From positions 186,001-250,000 of IMG/VR virus record IMGVR_UViG_3300028558_000791: a stretch of DNA of 64,000 bases. One strand, 5' to 3'. The notes beneath the pieces are model-generated. The model saw nothing but the letters and a program-made list of their open reading frames with translations. It had not been told where the DNA came from and ran no database searches. Below, in pieces: positions 46,837-56,565 of this stretch. Made by a program: the position numbers and the translations under genes. Each line of letters starts with the position of its first letter. Positions within the stretch are counted from its first letter, which is position 1.

Positions 46837-47385
46837 CCCAGCCTGTTTTTCAGGTTCTGGCGGGTATTTTTCAGTCCATAGCTTGCTATACTTACAGTTA
46901 TAGCACAACACCTCTTTGTCTTTGCTAAGAGTTAGCGTTTCTACTCTATCACTTTTGCATTCTTTGCAGCATCCACCATAGCATTCAACAATTTTTCTTC
47001 TGTATGCCTCAGCATATTTGCTTTTGAACGGCTTATTCTTATTACAGTTGTAGCAAATCACTTTGTGACCACTCTTCTGAACAATATTGTCATACAGATA
47101 GTTAATGTCACCATTGATTGTTAACTTAGTATATTCATCTTCACCACAGTTACAGCAAGCATTACCATAAGCAAGAATGACGGCGCTTCGTTTCATACGA
47201 TAGCGCCCGTTTTGTTTTTTAGAGTAATCCACATCAGACTGATGAGACTTCTTGTCAGCCTTTTTGCGACATGGCTTGCAGATATAATAGCCTTTATTTT
47301 GGTCGTAAGTATGCCAATTTTTGAGGGTTAATGAAATGCCACATTTGAGGCATGCCTTTTTTCTTCGTTTTTTCGTGGAAGGCAT
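46834..47385 (-). CDS. Cys-rich protein with two degenerate HNH-like repeats
   Basis: AYGNACCNCGE..KLTI...VICYNCN and CYGGCCKEC...TLTL...VLCYNCK; N-terminal CLKC, CKPC. Confidence 0.65.
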   Translation of the reverse strand: MPSTKKRRKKACLKCGISLTLKNWHTYDQNKGYYICKPCRKKADKKSHQSDVDYSKKQNGRYRMKRSAVILAYGNACCNCGEDEYTKLTINGDINYLYDNIVQKSGHKVICYNCNKNKPFKSKYAEAYRRKIVECYGGCCKECKSDRVETLTLSKDKEVLCYNCKYSKLWTEKYPPEPEKQAG

Positions 47386-47411
47386 CTTACTGAATATACG
47401 ATCATTTTAGT

Positions 47412-49295
47412 ATGCCAAGTCTACATATTGAAAATAAAGAAATGTTCGAGAAGATGAAGAAGCAACTTGCAATGCTTGACCCTGTAACTTTTTGCGAGTC
47501 CAATTTAACATTGGAAGGAGAGCCATTCAAACTAAGTGGTAATGGATATAAGCCGTTCTCAGATATCTATAGATACATCGGAATCAAAGCATTAGAGCCA
47601 GATGCAAAACCAGTTATCTTAGTTAAGGGACGTCAGGTAGGAGCCACTACGATGGCCAGCGCCCTAGAAATGTACTTCATGGGTTCTGGATTATTTGGTG
47701 ATGGATTCCGTCCACCAATCCGTATCATTCATGCATTCCCTCAATTGGAATTAGCTGCCGCTTATTCAAAGACCAAGCTTCAGCAAATGATTAGTCAGGC
47801 TAAGATTCCCGAAGGAACTCCAGAAAACAAGGCTTCCCGCCCAAAGTCTTTCATGCAGCAATTGCTTGATCAGTCATCTCCAACTAATGACTCTTTGCAC
47901 TTCAAACAGTTTATTGGCGGAAACCATTTGTGGGTTGAGTCAACTGGTATTGATGCCGACAGAATCATGGGTCGTACCGCTGACATTCTATTCTTTGACG
48001 AAGTCCAGAAGACTACCAGCCAAGCCATCGGAAACGCGCTCAAGATTCTAACCAACGCTAAGTATGGTAGACCAACTAAGGGCGTACAAGTTTTCTTTGG
48101 AACGCCTCGTCGTAAGGGATCTGATTACCACAAGATGTGGCAGTCATCTTCTCAACAGTATTACTATTTAGGATGTGAGAGCTGTAAAGAACATTTCCCA
48201 CTATATACTCCAGGATCTGATGATTGGGAGAAAGTTTGGATTCACGGTAAAGTTGTTAAGTGCTCTAAGTGCGGACATGAACAAGATAAGCTACAAGCAC
48301 AGGAACGTGGTAAATGGGTAGCCTTTAAGAATCCAAATGACCCAGACTGTGATATGATTGGCTTTCATATTAATCAGCTTTACATGCCTAAATTCACACG
48401 AGAAGATATCGATAAGGAAAAGCCGGGCCGTCATCCAATCAATACGGAACGTGTTTTTCAAAACGAAGTTCTTGGAGAGTTTTACCAGGGCGATGCAAGT
48501 CCATTGTCTCCAGATGAAGTTCGCACCATGTGCGCTGACTTCGAGAGAAAGTTTAGCCCACGTATTCTTCCATCAAAAGGTATTAACCAATATTTTACTG
48601 TACTTGGAATCGATTATGGCGCTCGTTCCGACTTGGAGCAATTGGCCGATCCAGAAAGAGTTAAGCCGGCAGGACAGTCATACAGCACGGCTGTTGTTCT
48701 ACAAACTAAGGGCGCTCAATTGTTATCAATCGAGTTTGCTACCAAGTTCAAGCGTAATGACGTTGAAAGTAAAAAAGGAATCATTGATCAACTGATGAGA
48801 CAATATAGTATTCAGTTGGCGGTCGGAGACATTGGTTACTCCAATGACTTCTCTTCTATGTTGCATAACACGTATGGAGATAGGTATTTAGTTTCTCGTG
48901 CCCATAATAAGATTAATGACCATGTCAAATTCAATCATGAAGCATTTCCAAAAGAAATCATTTTTGAAAGAGACTTCTACATTACTGAACTTTATGATCA
49001 GATGAAGAAGGGGATGATTAGATTTCCATTTGGAGATTATGAAAAGATAGCCTGGTTGATTGAACACAGTTGCAGTATGGAACTAAAGCCATCTATTTCT
49101 AAATATGGAGATCATACAGTTCATTATGTGAAAGGTGGAACTCCAAACGACGGGTTTATGGCATTGTTGAATGCCTATTTAGCCTTTAAGTTCTTGGTAA
49201 GTAGAGGATTTACAAATAATAATCCGGCTAATCATACAGCCAAAAACCTAACCAAACCCATGGTAATGTCTGGTTATGTGCCCAGGAAGTTCTAA
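47412..49295 (+). CDS. terL: Terminase large subunit
   Basis: VILVKGRQVGATT, LFFDEVQ, FGTP, zinc module CESC...CSKC, GFHINQL, NEVLGE, nuclease LGIDYG, DIGY, DGFMA. Confidence 0.92.
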   Translation: MPSLHIENKEMFEKMKKQLAMLDPVTFCESNLTLEGEPFKLSGNGYKPFSDIYRYIGIKALEPDAKPVILVKGRQVGATTMASALEMYFMGSGLFGDGFRPPIRIIHAFPQLELAAAYSKTKLQQMISQAKIPEGTPENKASRPKSFMQQLLDQSSPTNDSLHFKQFIGGNHLWVESTGIDADRIMGRTADILFFDEVQKTTSQAIGNALKILTNAKYGRPTKGVQVFFGTPRRKGSDYHKMWQSSSQQYYYLGCESCKEHFPLYTPGSDDWEKVWIHGKVVKCSKCGHEQDKLQAQERGKWVAFKNPNDPDCDMIGFHINQLYMPKFTREDIDKEKPGRHPINTERVFQNEVLGEFYQGDASPLSPDEVRTMCADFERKFSPRILPSKGINQYFTVLGIDYGARSDLEQLADPERVKPAGQSYSTAVVLQTKGAQLLSIEFATKFKRNDVESKKGIIDQLMRQYSIQLAVGDIGYSNDFSSMLHNTYGDRYLVSRAHNKINDHVKFNHEAFPKEIIFERDFYITELYDQMKKGMIRFPFGDYEKIAWLIEHSCSMELKPSISKYGDHTVHYVKGGTPNDGFMALLNAYLAFKFLVSRGFTNNNPANHTAKNLTKPMVMSGYVPRKF

Positions 49296-49319
49296 AGTAG
49301 TCTAAATACCGAGGTTTAC

Positions 49320-49327
49320 TGATATAT
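49320..49327 (+). promoter_or_regulatory. TGATATAT promoter-like box upstream of the portal gene
   Basis: Intergenic; lies between tctaaat (49301-07) and atttaga (49331-37). Confidence 0.55.
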
Positions 49328-49375
49328 CACATTTAGAGTATTAGGTAGAGGGTATAGTGGAACAACAGAGGTTAC

Positions 49376-51253
49376 ATGGCTGGTATTAAAAAATCAGGTT
49401 TAGGGGAGGCTCCTTCCTTTTCAGCGAGATTCTTGGAAGGTAGATCCACTACCCCACAGGTCAGCGCCATTATGGCTCATGGCGTTTCAGGAGAGAGAAG
49501 AGTTATTCTTTCTGATGAAGTAGACCAAGGCTATTTTCGCGATGGCTCAGGCCCTAATTACAATAAGATGGCGTTAGCTAACGCCCCTACAAATGCTTCT
49601 AACGTAGTTTCATCTACTGGCGTAAAGAAATATGGACAGGCAGTTAGCAGTTCTGGTGGTATGTTTCGCGGTATTCATGGCGATACTGTCAAGCAAACCC
49701 CTGAAGTTTATTCGCCATTGTGGCTGAACAGCAACTTAAATCTTCCCCGCGACCGTGCAACTATTAATGCATGGTGTCGTAGCTTTTTCGCATTGAATCC
49801 ATTCGTGCACAATGCAATCAGTTTGCATAGCACTTATCCAATTAGCAAGCTTTCTATCAAATGTCCTAACAAGGATATTGAAAAGTTCTTCGATGATATG
49901 ATTGAAGAAATTGACCTAATGAATATCTGTATTCAAATCGCCCAAGAGTATTGGCTCTTAGGAGAAGCGTTTGTTTATGCAGAACTGGATGAAGGTAAAG
50001 GTAAGTGGAGTCGCCTACACATTCAAAATCCAGACTTCATGATTGTCAAACGTACGGTCGTAGCCAGCGAACCAATCATCATGCTTCGTCCTGATGAGAA
50101 TCTCAAGAAGATCATTTTCTCTAATCGTCCAACCGATATTGAACAGCGTAAGCAGCTTAACCAGCACATTATCGATTCTGTCAGACGCGGAGAAAACATT
50201 CCACTAGACAACTTCCACGTATCACATTTGGCCCGTAGAATTAGTCCTTACGAAATTAGAGGTACTGGACTTCCAGTCTGTATTTTCCGTCAGTTGATGC
50301 TTTTCGACAAGCTTCGTGAATCCAAGTACGCCCAGTCCGATAATATGATTAACCCATTGACTTTGGTCAAGATTGGTTCGGCCGATTACAAGCCAACCTT
50401 CGCTGACCTTGAAGCATGGAGAGGCGTATTCGAAGAAGCCCAGTACGACAAGGACTTTAAGATTTTCACTCATGAAGGTGTTGCCGTTGAAAGAGTTGGT
50501 TGGGGACAGGGTATCTATGATATCTCTGGAGACATCACTCAACTTATTAAGGAAATCTTCGTTGGTATGTTCGTTCCACCAGTAATGATGGATGGTGGTG
50601 ATACAACTACTTATGCTAACGGATCTGTAGCTCTTGACGTTCTTCGTCAGAGATACATGCAGTTTCGCAATATGATGTCCCAATGGTTGAAGACCAAGAT
50701 TTTCGCCCCAATCTCTAAGATTCAAGGGTTCTACGACTACTCTGGTGGTGAAAAGCAACTCATTGTTCCAGAAATTGATTGGAACCATATGTCTTTGTTT
50801 GATGCAGACACTTACATCAATAGCTTGGTAACTCTATCTCAGGGACAGGCTGACCAGAAGAGAGTCTCCGTTCATACTTTGTATCGTTCATTGGGTCTTG
50901 AGTATGAAGACGAAGTACGCAAGATGCGTAAAGAAAATGTTCAGAATGCAATCTCCAAGAAGGAAATGGCAGCTCTAGAATCTATGGACCTCAATGCACT
51001 ACGTGCCCTGGATGACCAGGATGAAATTCCAGAGCCAAAACAACCGGGTGCAGGTCAAGAGCAACCACTACCAGGCGAAACTCCAGGTGGAGCCCCTCCA
51101 GGCGGTGGAATGCCGGATCTTGGTGGCCTACCAGGCGGACCTCCTCCACCACCTCCACCAGCAGGTGGCCCTCCACCCCCTCCGAGTGGCGCTTCAGCGG
51201 GTCTTCCTCCACCAGGTGGCGGAGCCCCTCCAGGTCCACCTCCAGCCGGATAA
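49376..51253 (+). CDS. Portal protein with Pro/Gly-rich C-terminal tail
   Basis: Directly after TerL; NPFVHNAISLH, EYWLLGEAFVY, LHIQNPD, SPYEIRGTG, IFVGMFVP, LRQRY; about 75-aa PG tail. Confidence 0.85.
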   Translation: MAGIKKSGLGEAPSFSARFLEGRSTTPQVSAIMAHGVSGERRVILSDEVDQGYFRDGSGPNYNKMALANAPTNASNVVSSTGVKKYGQAVSSSGGMFRGIHGDTVKQTPEVYSPLWLNSNLNLPRDRATINAWCRSFFALNPFVHNAISLHSTYPISKLSIKCPNKDIEKFFDDMIEEIDLMNICIQIAQEYWLLGEAFVYAELDEGKGKWSRLHIQNPDFMIVKRTVVASEPIIMLRPDENLKKIIFSNRPTDIEQRKQLNQHIIDSVRRGENIPLDNFHVSHLARRISPYEIRGTGLPVCIFRQLMLFDKLRESKYAQSDNMINPLTLVKIGSADYKPTFADLEAWRGVFEEAQYDKDFKIFTHEGVAVERVGWGQGIYDISGDITQLIKEIFVGMFVPPVMMDGGDTTTYANGSVALDVLRQRYMQFRNMMSQWLKTKIFAPISKIQGFYDYSGGEKQLIVPEIDWNHMSLFDADTYINSLVTLSQGQADQKRVSVHTLYRSLGLEYEDEVRKMRKENVQNAISKKEMAALESMDLNALRALDDQDEIPEPKQPGAGQEQPLPGETPGGAPPGGGMPDLGGLPGGPPPPPPPAGGPPPPPSGASAGLPPPGGGAPPGPPPAG

Positions 51254-51272
51254 TGTTTTAAATCCGCCGAAT

Positions 51273-51330
51273 AACCCCTACTTGTGAATAATCACGCATT
51301 GTTTTAGCTATTGCGCACAAGTAGAGGGTT
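51273..51330 (+). promoter_or_regulatory. 14-bp hairpin (one bulge) covering the SD of gene 51334
   Basis: aacccctacttgtg (51273-86) / cacaagtag-a-gggtt (51316-30); 29-nt loop. Confidence 0.75.
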
Positions 51331-51333
51331 TCC

Positions 51334-52569
51334 ATGGATAAATTAGCTCAAAGTAAAAGACAAACAGGTCGTGGTTTTTTCAACGAATTGCGTGAAAAGA
51401 TCAATGCTCCTGGTGCTTTCGTAGAAGGTATATTCAAACCCGAATTAAATAGGGTTATGGAATCCTTAAAAGCACTAGATGACCGTGTTCGTTCAGAATT
51501 AACCGGCAAACAAATTGGCAGTGCCACAGAGCCAGCCATCAAAGAGTCTGCTAAGAAGCTCTTGAGTGACTCTAGAGGTCTTTTCAATCGTCGTGAATAT
51601 ATGTCCGGCGTTTCTGATTTGGCCATGTTTCATAAAAAGCTTCAGGCTATTGTTAATGACATTGATAAGTTCTTTGTTGATGTGAATAAAATTCATCACA
51701 AGTTCTTATTTGATGGAGTTAAGGAAGATAAAATCAACAGACTTCGTGAACACATGGAGCCTAAAGCTGCGTCTTTAATCGCCGATCAACTTCTCAAGGA
51801 AGCTGGCCTTGTTGACTCTCTATTGAATTTCTTTACAACTCGTGGTCGTGGACTTGCTGCTTGGGAAAAGAAGTATCCTAAGGAAATTAAGGCACTTCGT
51901 GATGGTGGCTTCAAGCTGCTAGATCAAGCTGATTCAGTACTAGCTTCCACTATCTCTGTTATGAAAGATATGGCAACTGCTAGAGCTACTCGTAGACCAG
52001 ATGATTATATGGATTATGCCAATAAGATTAAGCAGGACTTCAACAAGTTTGATGCTGCATTTAAATCTTATTATCAAAATGCTGTAATGCCTTGGATGAG
52101 AATCAAGGATCAGATGGAAGCAGAATTAGCAAAGCAGCAAGCTGCGCAACAATCAAGCAATCCAAATGTAGGAAAAACTGAATTAGGTACAGACCCTACA
52201 GTACCGCCAACACCAGGTGGTCCACCTAGTGGTCCTTCAGGTGGATCTCCTATTCCTCCAATGGGTGGTGGTTTTATTAACCCACATCCAGGTGCACCAC
52301 CAGTTCCAGTTGCGGCACCTCCAGTTGAGGAAGCCGCTCCAGATACTCTTCCAGGCGGCTACCAGCCAGAGGCTAAGGTTCGTATTGCCCCAGAGCCACC
52401 CAAGGTCAGAGTTGCTCATGAACAATTCTATAAATCACTTGAGGCCATGGCCGGAGAAGATCCTCGCGTTCTGTGTGGTTACATTGCTAAATATGCTAAA
52501 TCTATTCAAGGAGATGACCCAGAGACTGCTATTTCGCTATTTTCAATCGTCAAGAAACTAAAGGAGTAA
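51334..52569 (+). CDS. Hypothetical helical protein with Pro-rich segment, probably head-associated
   Basis: 411 aa; starts MDKLAQ. Confidence 0.8.
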   Translation: MDKLAQSKRQTGRGFFNELREKINAPGAFVEGIFKPELNRVMESLKALDDRVRSELTGKQIGSATEPAIKESAKKLLSDSRGLFNRREYMSGVSDLAMFHKKLQAIVNDIDKFFVDVNKIHHKFLFDGVKEDKINRLREHMEPKAASLIADQLLKEAGLVDSLLNFFTTRGRGLAAWEKKYPKEIKALRDGGFKLLDQADSVLASTISVMKDMATARATRRPDDYMDYANKIKQDFNKFDAAFKSYYQNAVMPWMRIKDQMEAELAKQQAAQQSSNPNVGKTELGTDPTVPPTPGGPPSGPSGGSPIPPMGGGFINPHPGAPPVPVAAPPVEEAAPDTLPGGYQPEAKVRIAPEPPKVRVAHEQFYKSLEAMAGEDPRVLCGYIAKYAKSIQGDDPETAISLFSIVKKLKE

Positions 52570-52570
52570 T

Positions 52571-53719
52571 ATGCCAGTCAGGGGTAAAGCCAACCTTGGA
52601 CCAAATTTCTATCCGAAATTGGTCCAGATATCCGAAGAATTGGGGATGAAACCAGAAGACCTTCTGGCTGTCATGACCTCAGAGTCTGGCTTGAATCCAT
52701 CAGCATATGAAGAAACATACAAAGGATCTGGTTTAATTGGATTTATGCCAGATACTTTGAGGGGCCTTGGCTATAAAGGCACTTGGCAAGACTTTACCAA
52801 ACTAACTGGCGAAGAGCAACTTGATTGGGTCAAGAAATTCATTCAAGGTAAAAATGGATTGATGGGTAATCGTAAGTTTACATCTGCCGGATTGTACTAT
52901 ACTGGTAACTTATGGCCTATTGCTCTAAAACTTCCTGGTGTAATTAAAGGCGATCCTAGTACTCGTATTCTAGAATCAGATCCAGAAACGGATGCAAGCG
53001 GTAAGTATAGTAAGAAGTATTTTGATCTTGGATACAAGATTAGCAAAAGTTTTGAAAGCAAAGCATATAAAGCAAATCCTCTTTTTGATCGTGATAAAAA
53101 AGGATACATCACTTATGGTGATATGATTAAGCAGACTGAGATTAACAGAAAGAATCCTGTTTATCAAAAGGCAATTGCGGAAATGGCTAAGAGCACCGGC
53201 TATCAACCTGGAAAATCAATCAACCCATCTATGCTCGCACAAAAAAATAATACACAGTCACCTTCATCGCTACAAGGAATGGATGGCATCATGGATAAAT
53301 ATATACAGGAGTTGCAGGTGGCTGCCACGTCTTATGACTTAAAGAAGTTATACAAGCGTGCCTTACCAACTCATGACGTCCTGATTCAAATTTCTGCACC
53401 AGACTATTCTAGCGCAATAGAATTCTCTCGCGTATTGACTGCGGCTTTAGACGAAGATTTACTATCATCATCTTATCCATATACAGATGGTCATCAAGTG
53501 GAAATTGAATGTTCCATCTCAGGACCAGAGAAAGAATGTTTCGCCGCAGTTCAACAGATGACCAATGCTGTAGCTGAGGCTTTCAAAGATGCAACTGCAA
53601 AAATTGGTGGTATTGCTATTAAAACCCAGCAATTTACCAATAAGAAGTCATCTTATCAACCAATCAGCCCTAGAACTGCTGATACTAACTACAGGAAGTT
53701 CCTGCTCAAATTCATCTAA
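52571..53719 (+). CDS. Lytic transglycosylase/lysozyme-like protein with additional C-terminal domain
   Basis: EELGMKPEDLLAVMTSESGLNPSA...GSGLIGFMPDT matches SLT motifs I and II. Confidence 0.8.
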   Translation: MPVRGKANLGPNFYPKLVQISEELGMKPEDLLAVMTSESGLNPSAYEETYKGSGLIGFMPDTLRGLGYKGTWQDFTKLTGEEQLDWVKKFIQGKNGLMGNRKFTSAGLYYTGNLWPIALKLPGVIKGDPSTRILESDPETDASGKYSKKYFDLGYKISKSFESKAYKANPLFDRDKKGYITYGDMIKQTEINRKNPVYQKAIAEMAKSTGYQPGKSINPSMLAQKNNTQSPSSLQGMDGIMDKYIQELQVAATSYDLKKLYKRALPTHDVLIQISAPDYSSAIEFSRVLTAALDEDLLSSSYPYTDGHQVEIECSISGPEKECFAAVQQMTNAVAEAFKDATAKIGGIAIKTQQFTNKKSSYQPISPRTADTNYRKFLLKFI

Positions 53720-53730
53720 GGAATAGCAAA

Positions 53731-54135
53731 ATGGTATCGGAAAAACAACTTTTGGACACAATTCAGCAGCTTCAAGGTTCAGGCAAAACATTTGCTGAGT
53801 TCCTGGCAGAGATTTTTAAAGATAAATTCATCGAAGTTTATGTTGGAGATTCTTATGAAGATGTAAGTACAGAACAAATCTCAACAACATATCCTGCTGT
53901 ATTTTGTGGTAAAGTTGTTGCTGCATATCGTGAATGTTTAATTCTTAGTTGCGCTTATGTTAATGGTAAGCACTTAACAATGGGCAATATGATGTTCGTT
54001 AATGAAAGAGCTATTAGAGCTTTGAATGAAGTGGATGGTAAAGGTACACTAGAAGATATGATGCTTCGTAGTAAAGAGACTTTGGATATTAAAGCGACCT
54101 TTGGGTCTGTAGAAAAGCCTGATACAAAGAAATGA
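53731..54135 (+). CDS. Hypothetical protein
   Basis: 134 aa, SD AAGGA. Confidence 0.75.
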   Translation: MVSEKQLLDTIQQLQGSGKTFAEFLAEIFKDKFIEVYVGDSYEDVSTEQISTTYPAVFCGKVVAAYRECLILSCAYVNGKHLTMGNMMFVNERAIRALNEVDGKGTLEDMMLRSKETLDIKATFGSVEKPDTKK

Positions 54136-54884
54136 TCAACACCGACACGCTGCTACAACTTGCTAGTACTTATGAAGATAAGTGTTTACAGGATTTGGTA
54201 AAGGTCGCGAAAATTCGCGAATTACCAGACGGTAGCTATCGTGTGCTCTCTGAAAAGGGAAAAGAACTAGGTTCCTATAAATCTAGGAAAGGCGCAGAAA
54301 AACGTCTTCGTCAAATAGAGTTCTTCAAACACTTGGACAAATCAAAGGCTGATGATCAAGGCAATCCAATGAAGCCAATTGACTTATCTAAAGCGGATGA
54401 GTTTAGTTATTCTGCTTTGATGAGGGCGTTACGTCAACAAGCCACTCCTGAACAAGTAATTACATTTCTTAAGATTTTCAAACTACAATTCGATAGAGCG
54501 GTTAAGGGTAAAATCAATAAGCCAGAACGAGTCGCTTTACAGAATGCGGTTATCAAATTCCATAAGATTCACCCAATCAAATTAGATAAGAAGATGGTTA
54601 AGTTTGCTGCTGTTGCAGAACTTGGAAATGCTGATCAAGTTGGAACATATTTATCCGGTATTGTTAGGTTCATTCTTAATAGATTGCCACAGGATAAAAG
54701 ACCAAGGGCTACTGAGATTCTCAAGCAGAAATTTAACGTTATGAGTGAGAATGAGATTTCTGGTAAGAACATGCCAAACGCCGCTGTTTACGGTCAAGCC
54801 ATTACATTCGTTAAACACGTACTGTTCAATCAGGACGCCAGCTATGTAAGGGAAGTTCTTAACAGCCTATCGAGGAATCTATGA
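54132..54884 (+). CDS. Hypothetical protein with basic IRELPDGSYRV...LGSYKSRKGAEKRLRQIEFFK module
   Basis: 250 aa, ATGA coupling. Confidence 0.75.
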   Translation: MINTDTLLQLASTYEDKCLQDLVKVAKIRELPDGSYRVLSEKGKELGSYKSRKGAEKRLRQIEFFKHLDKSKADDQGNPMKPIDLSKADEFSYSALMRALRQQATPEQVITFLKIFKLQFDRAVKGKINKPERVALQNAVIKFHKIHPIKLDKKMVKFAAVAELGNADQVGTYLSGIVRFILNRLPQDKRPRATEILKQKFNVMSENEISGKNMPNAAVYGQAITFVKHVLFNQDASYVREVLNSLSRNL

Positions 54885-55651
54885 TTAGAAGATTCCGAGC
54901 TGTAATTCCAGGGGTTCTGTATCGTGGCTCCGGCCCCACTCCACAAGACGTTCTCGAATTACAAGATAAATTAGGGATCAAAAAGATTGTCTCTTTAGAC
55001 CAAGAGATTGGTGAGAAAATTGATCGCGCTTGTCAAATGTTAGGTATCAATCATATCAAATTGTATATTGATCATACTAGAAAGAGTTTGTATGATTTTT
55101 TATCTCAGGATATGAAAAAACTCTTTCTAGAGGGTGGGCCAACATTTGTTCATTGCCATGAGGGTAAGGATAGAACTGGATTGGCCTGCGCTATAGTAGA
55201 ATGTAAATTCCTTGGTAAAGATCCCGAGAAAGCTATTCAAGAGGCAAAGGCTTTAGGGTTTGGTGTTGGCATAGCTCCTCAAACTACTCAGCAGTTTGAG
55301 CGTATCATTCGTCACTGCAAGCCCGATAAGGATACTAATAGTGCTGATATAGTCTCTAATGAACGAGAGTATATTGGTGATAATCGTGATAGTTTCTTGG
55401 ATGAGGGACATCAAGGATCGTTCTCTCCATACCTATCTCAGACTAAGCAAGACCCAGTGGATTCATTATACCCATCTACACTAGACCAATACCCAACTCG
55501 TCAAAATTATGATAGTCCACCATTATTCCGGCATGATCCTAGTGAGAGTGTCACATTACCTAATGTAGGGGAATATGACAACGATGCTGGTCAACGAGGT
55601 TTTGGGCCAGTGGAACGCATGGATGGTTTCTTCTCAGAGGTAGGTCATTGA
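54881..55651 (+). CDS. Cys-dependent tyrosine/dual-specificity phosphatase with acidic tail
   Basis: LYRGSGP, IKKIVSL, P-loop FVHCHEGKDRTG (CX5R). Confidence 0.9.
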   Translation: MIRRFRAVIPGVLYRGSGPTPQDVLELQDKLGIKKIVSLDQEIGEKIDRACQMLGINHIKLYIDHTRKSLYDFLSQDMKKLFLEGGPTFVHCHEGKDRTGLACAIVECKFLGKDPEKAIQEAKALGFGVGIAPQTTQQFERIIRHCKPDKDTNSADIVSNEREYIGDNRDSFLDEGHQGSFSPYLSQTKQDPVDSLYPSTLDQYPTRQNYDSPPLFRHDPSESVTLPNVGEYDNDAGQRGFGPVERMDGFFSEVGH

Positions 55652-56302
55652 ATGATTAAAAAGTCTTATTCCGTACAAATGAGCTATGATGTGTCTGACA
55701 GCGAAAAGCAGCAGGCAGAGAAAGCGCTATTGTATTTTAAGGCTGCTGAAAGATTCTTAATGCAATCTTCTGATCATTTGAATATTATGAAGACTCCATT
55801 TAAGGATAATCCAGATATGACGCCTGAAGATGTTATGAAGGCTCGTGCCGTCATTAGACGTTTCAGAGATAAAGCTATTGATAATTTTGACCAATTCAAA
55901 AAAGTAGCTTTTGATTGCGTTAATCTTATGCAGACTTTTGAAAGCGACACTCAAACTCTCAAACTAATGAAATCATTCATTGCTGCTATTGATGATTTGG
56001 AAGTTAGTGTTAATCAATTCTCAGAATTATTTAATGATTTGCACTCAAAAGACTTCGTCAAAAACGTAGTAACTTTCATTGAGAGTATCCAAAAGCAATG
56101 CGATGAGATTGATGAAATTATTGACGAAAGAATCAAGTCCCATATTCAAACCAATATATTGGCTAGTAGTTGGGTTGACTCAGTTAGCAATGATTTACAA
56201 ATGAAAATAGAGAAAAAGACACCATTAATCGTCGATCTCTATAATCAAAGACAAGAGCAGCTAAATGATGCTGTAGAGGAAAGGATGCCATCAGGGAAAT
56301 GA
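55652..56302 (+). CDS. Hypothetical coiled-coil protein
   Basis: 216 aa; DDLEV motif. Confidence 0.75.
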   Translation: MIKKSYSVQMSYDVSDSEKQQAEKALLYFKAAERFLMQSSDHLNIMKTPFKDNPDMTPEDVMKARAVIRRFRDKAIDNFDQFKKVAFDCVNLMQTFESDTQTLKLMKSFIAAIDDLEVSVNQFSELFNDLHSKDFVKNVVTFIESIQKQCDEIDEIIDERIKSHIQTNILASSWVDSVSNDLQMKIEKKTPLIVDLYNQRQEQLNDAVEERMPSGK

Positions 56303-56404
56303 AAATGGTAATATCGCTGTATATTAGATGAAGTTTTCGGTCGTAGATCGGAAAATTGTAGCAATATTACATTATACCTGTGTGGTCTCCCAATTGGAGA
56401 GTTT

Positions 56405-56560
56405 ATGTTCATTAAACACGGTGATGGAAAAATACTAGACGTTGTTGACGGAGAAGAGCTAACTGACGCTCAGAAGAAAGCTGTCAAAGATCGTTCTAAA
56501 GACCTCGTCAAACAATCTGACGATTCAACTGATTCTTCCAAGAAGAAGTCAGGGAGCTAA
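56405..56560 (+). CDS. Unlisted 51-aa protein
   Basis: SD GGAGA; MFIKHGDGKILDVVDGEELTDAQKKAVKDRSKDLVKQSDDSTDSSKKKSGS; ends 5 nt before the protease gene. Confidence 0.7.
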   Translation: MFIKHGDGKILDVVDGEELTDAQKKAVKDRSKDLVKQSDDSTDSSKKKSGS

Positions 56561-56565
56561 AACGA

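Noticed and set aside
22019-49295. Inteins or introns in DnaE, RecA, primase or TerL
   Set aside because: Lengths and motif spacing are normal, reading frames are uninterrupted, and no C...HN splice motifs were seen.
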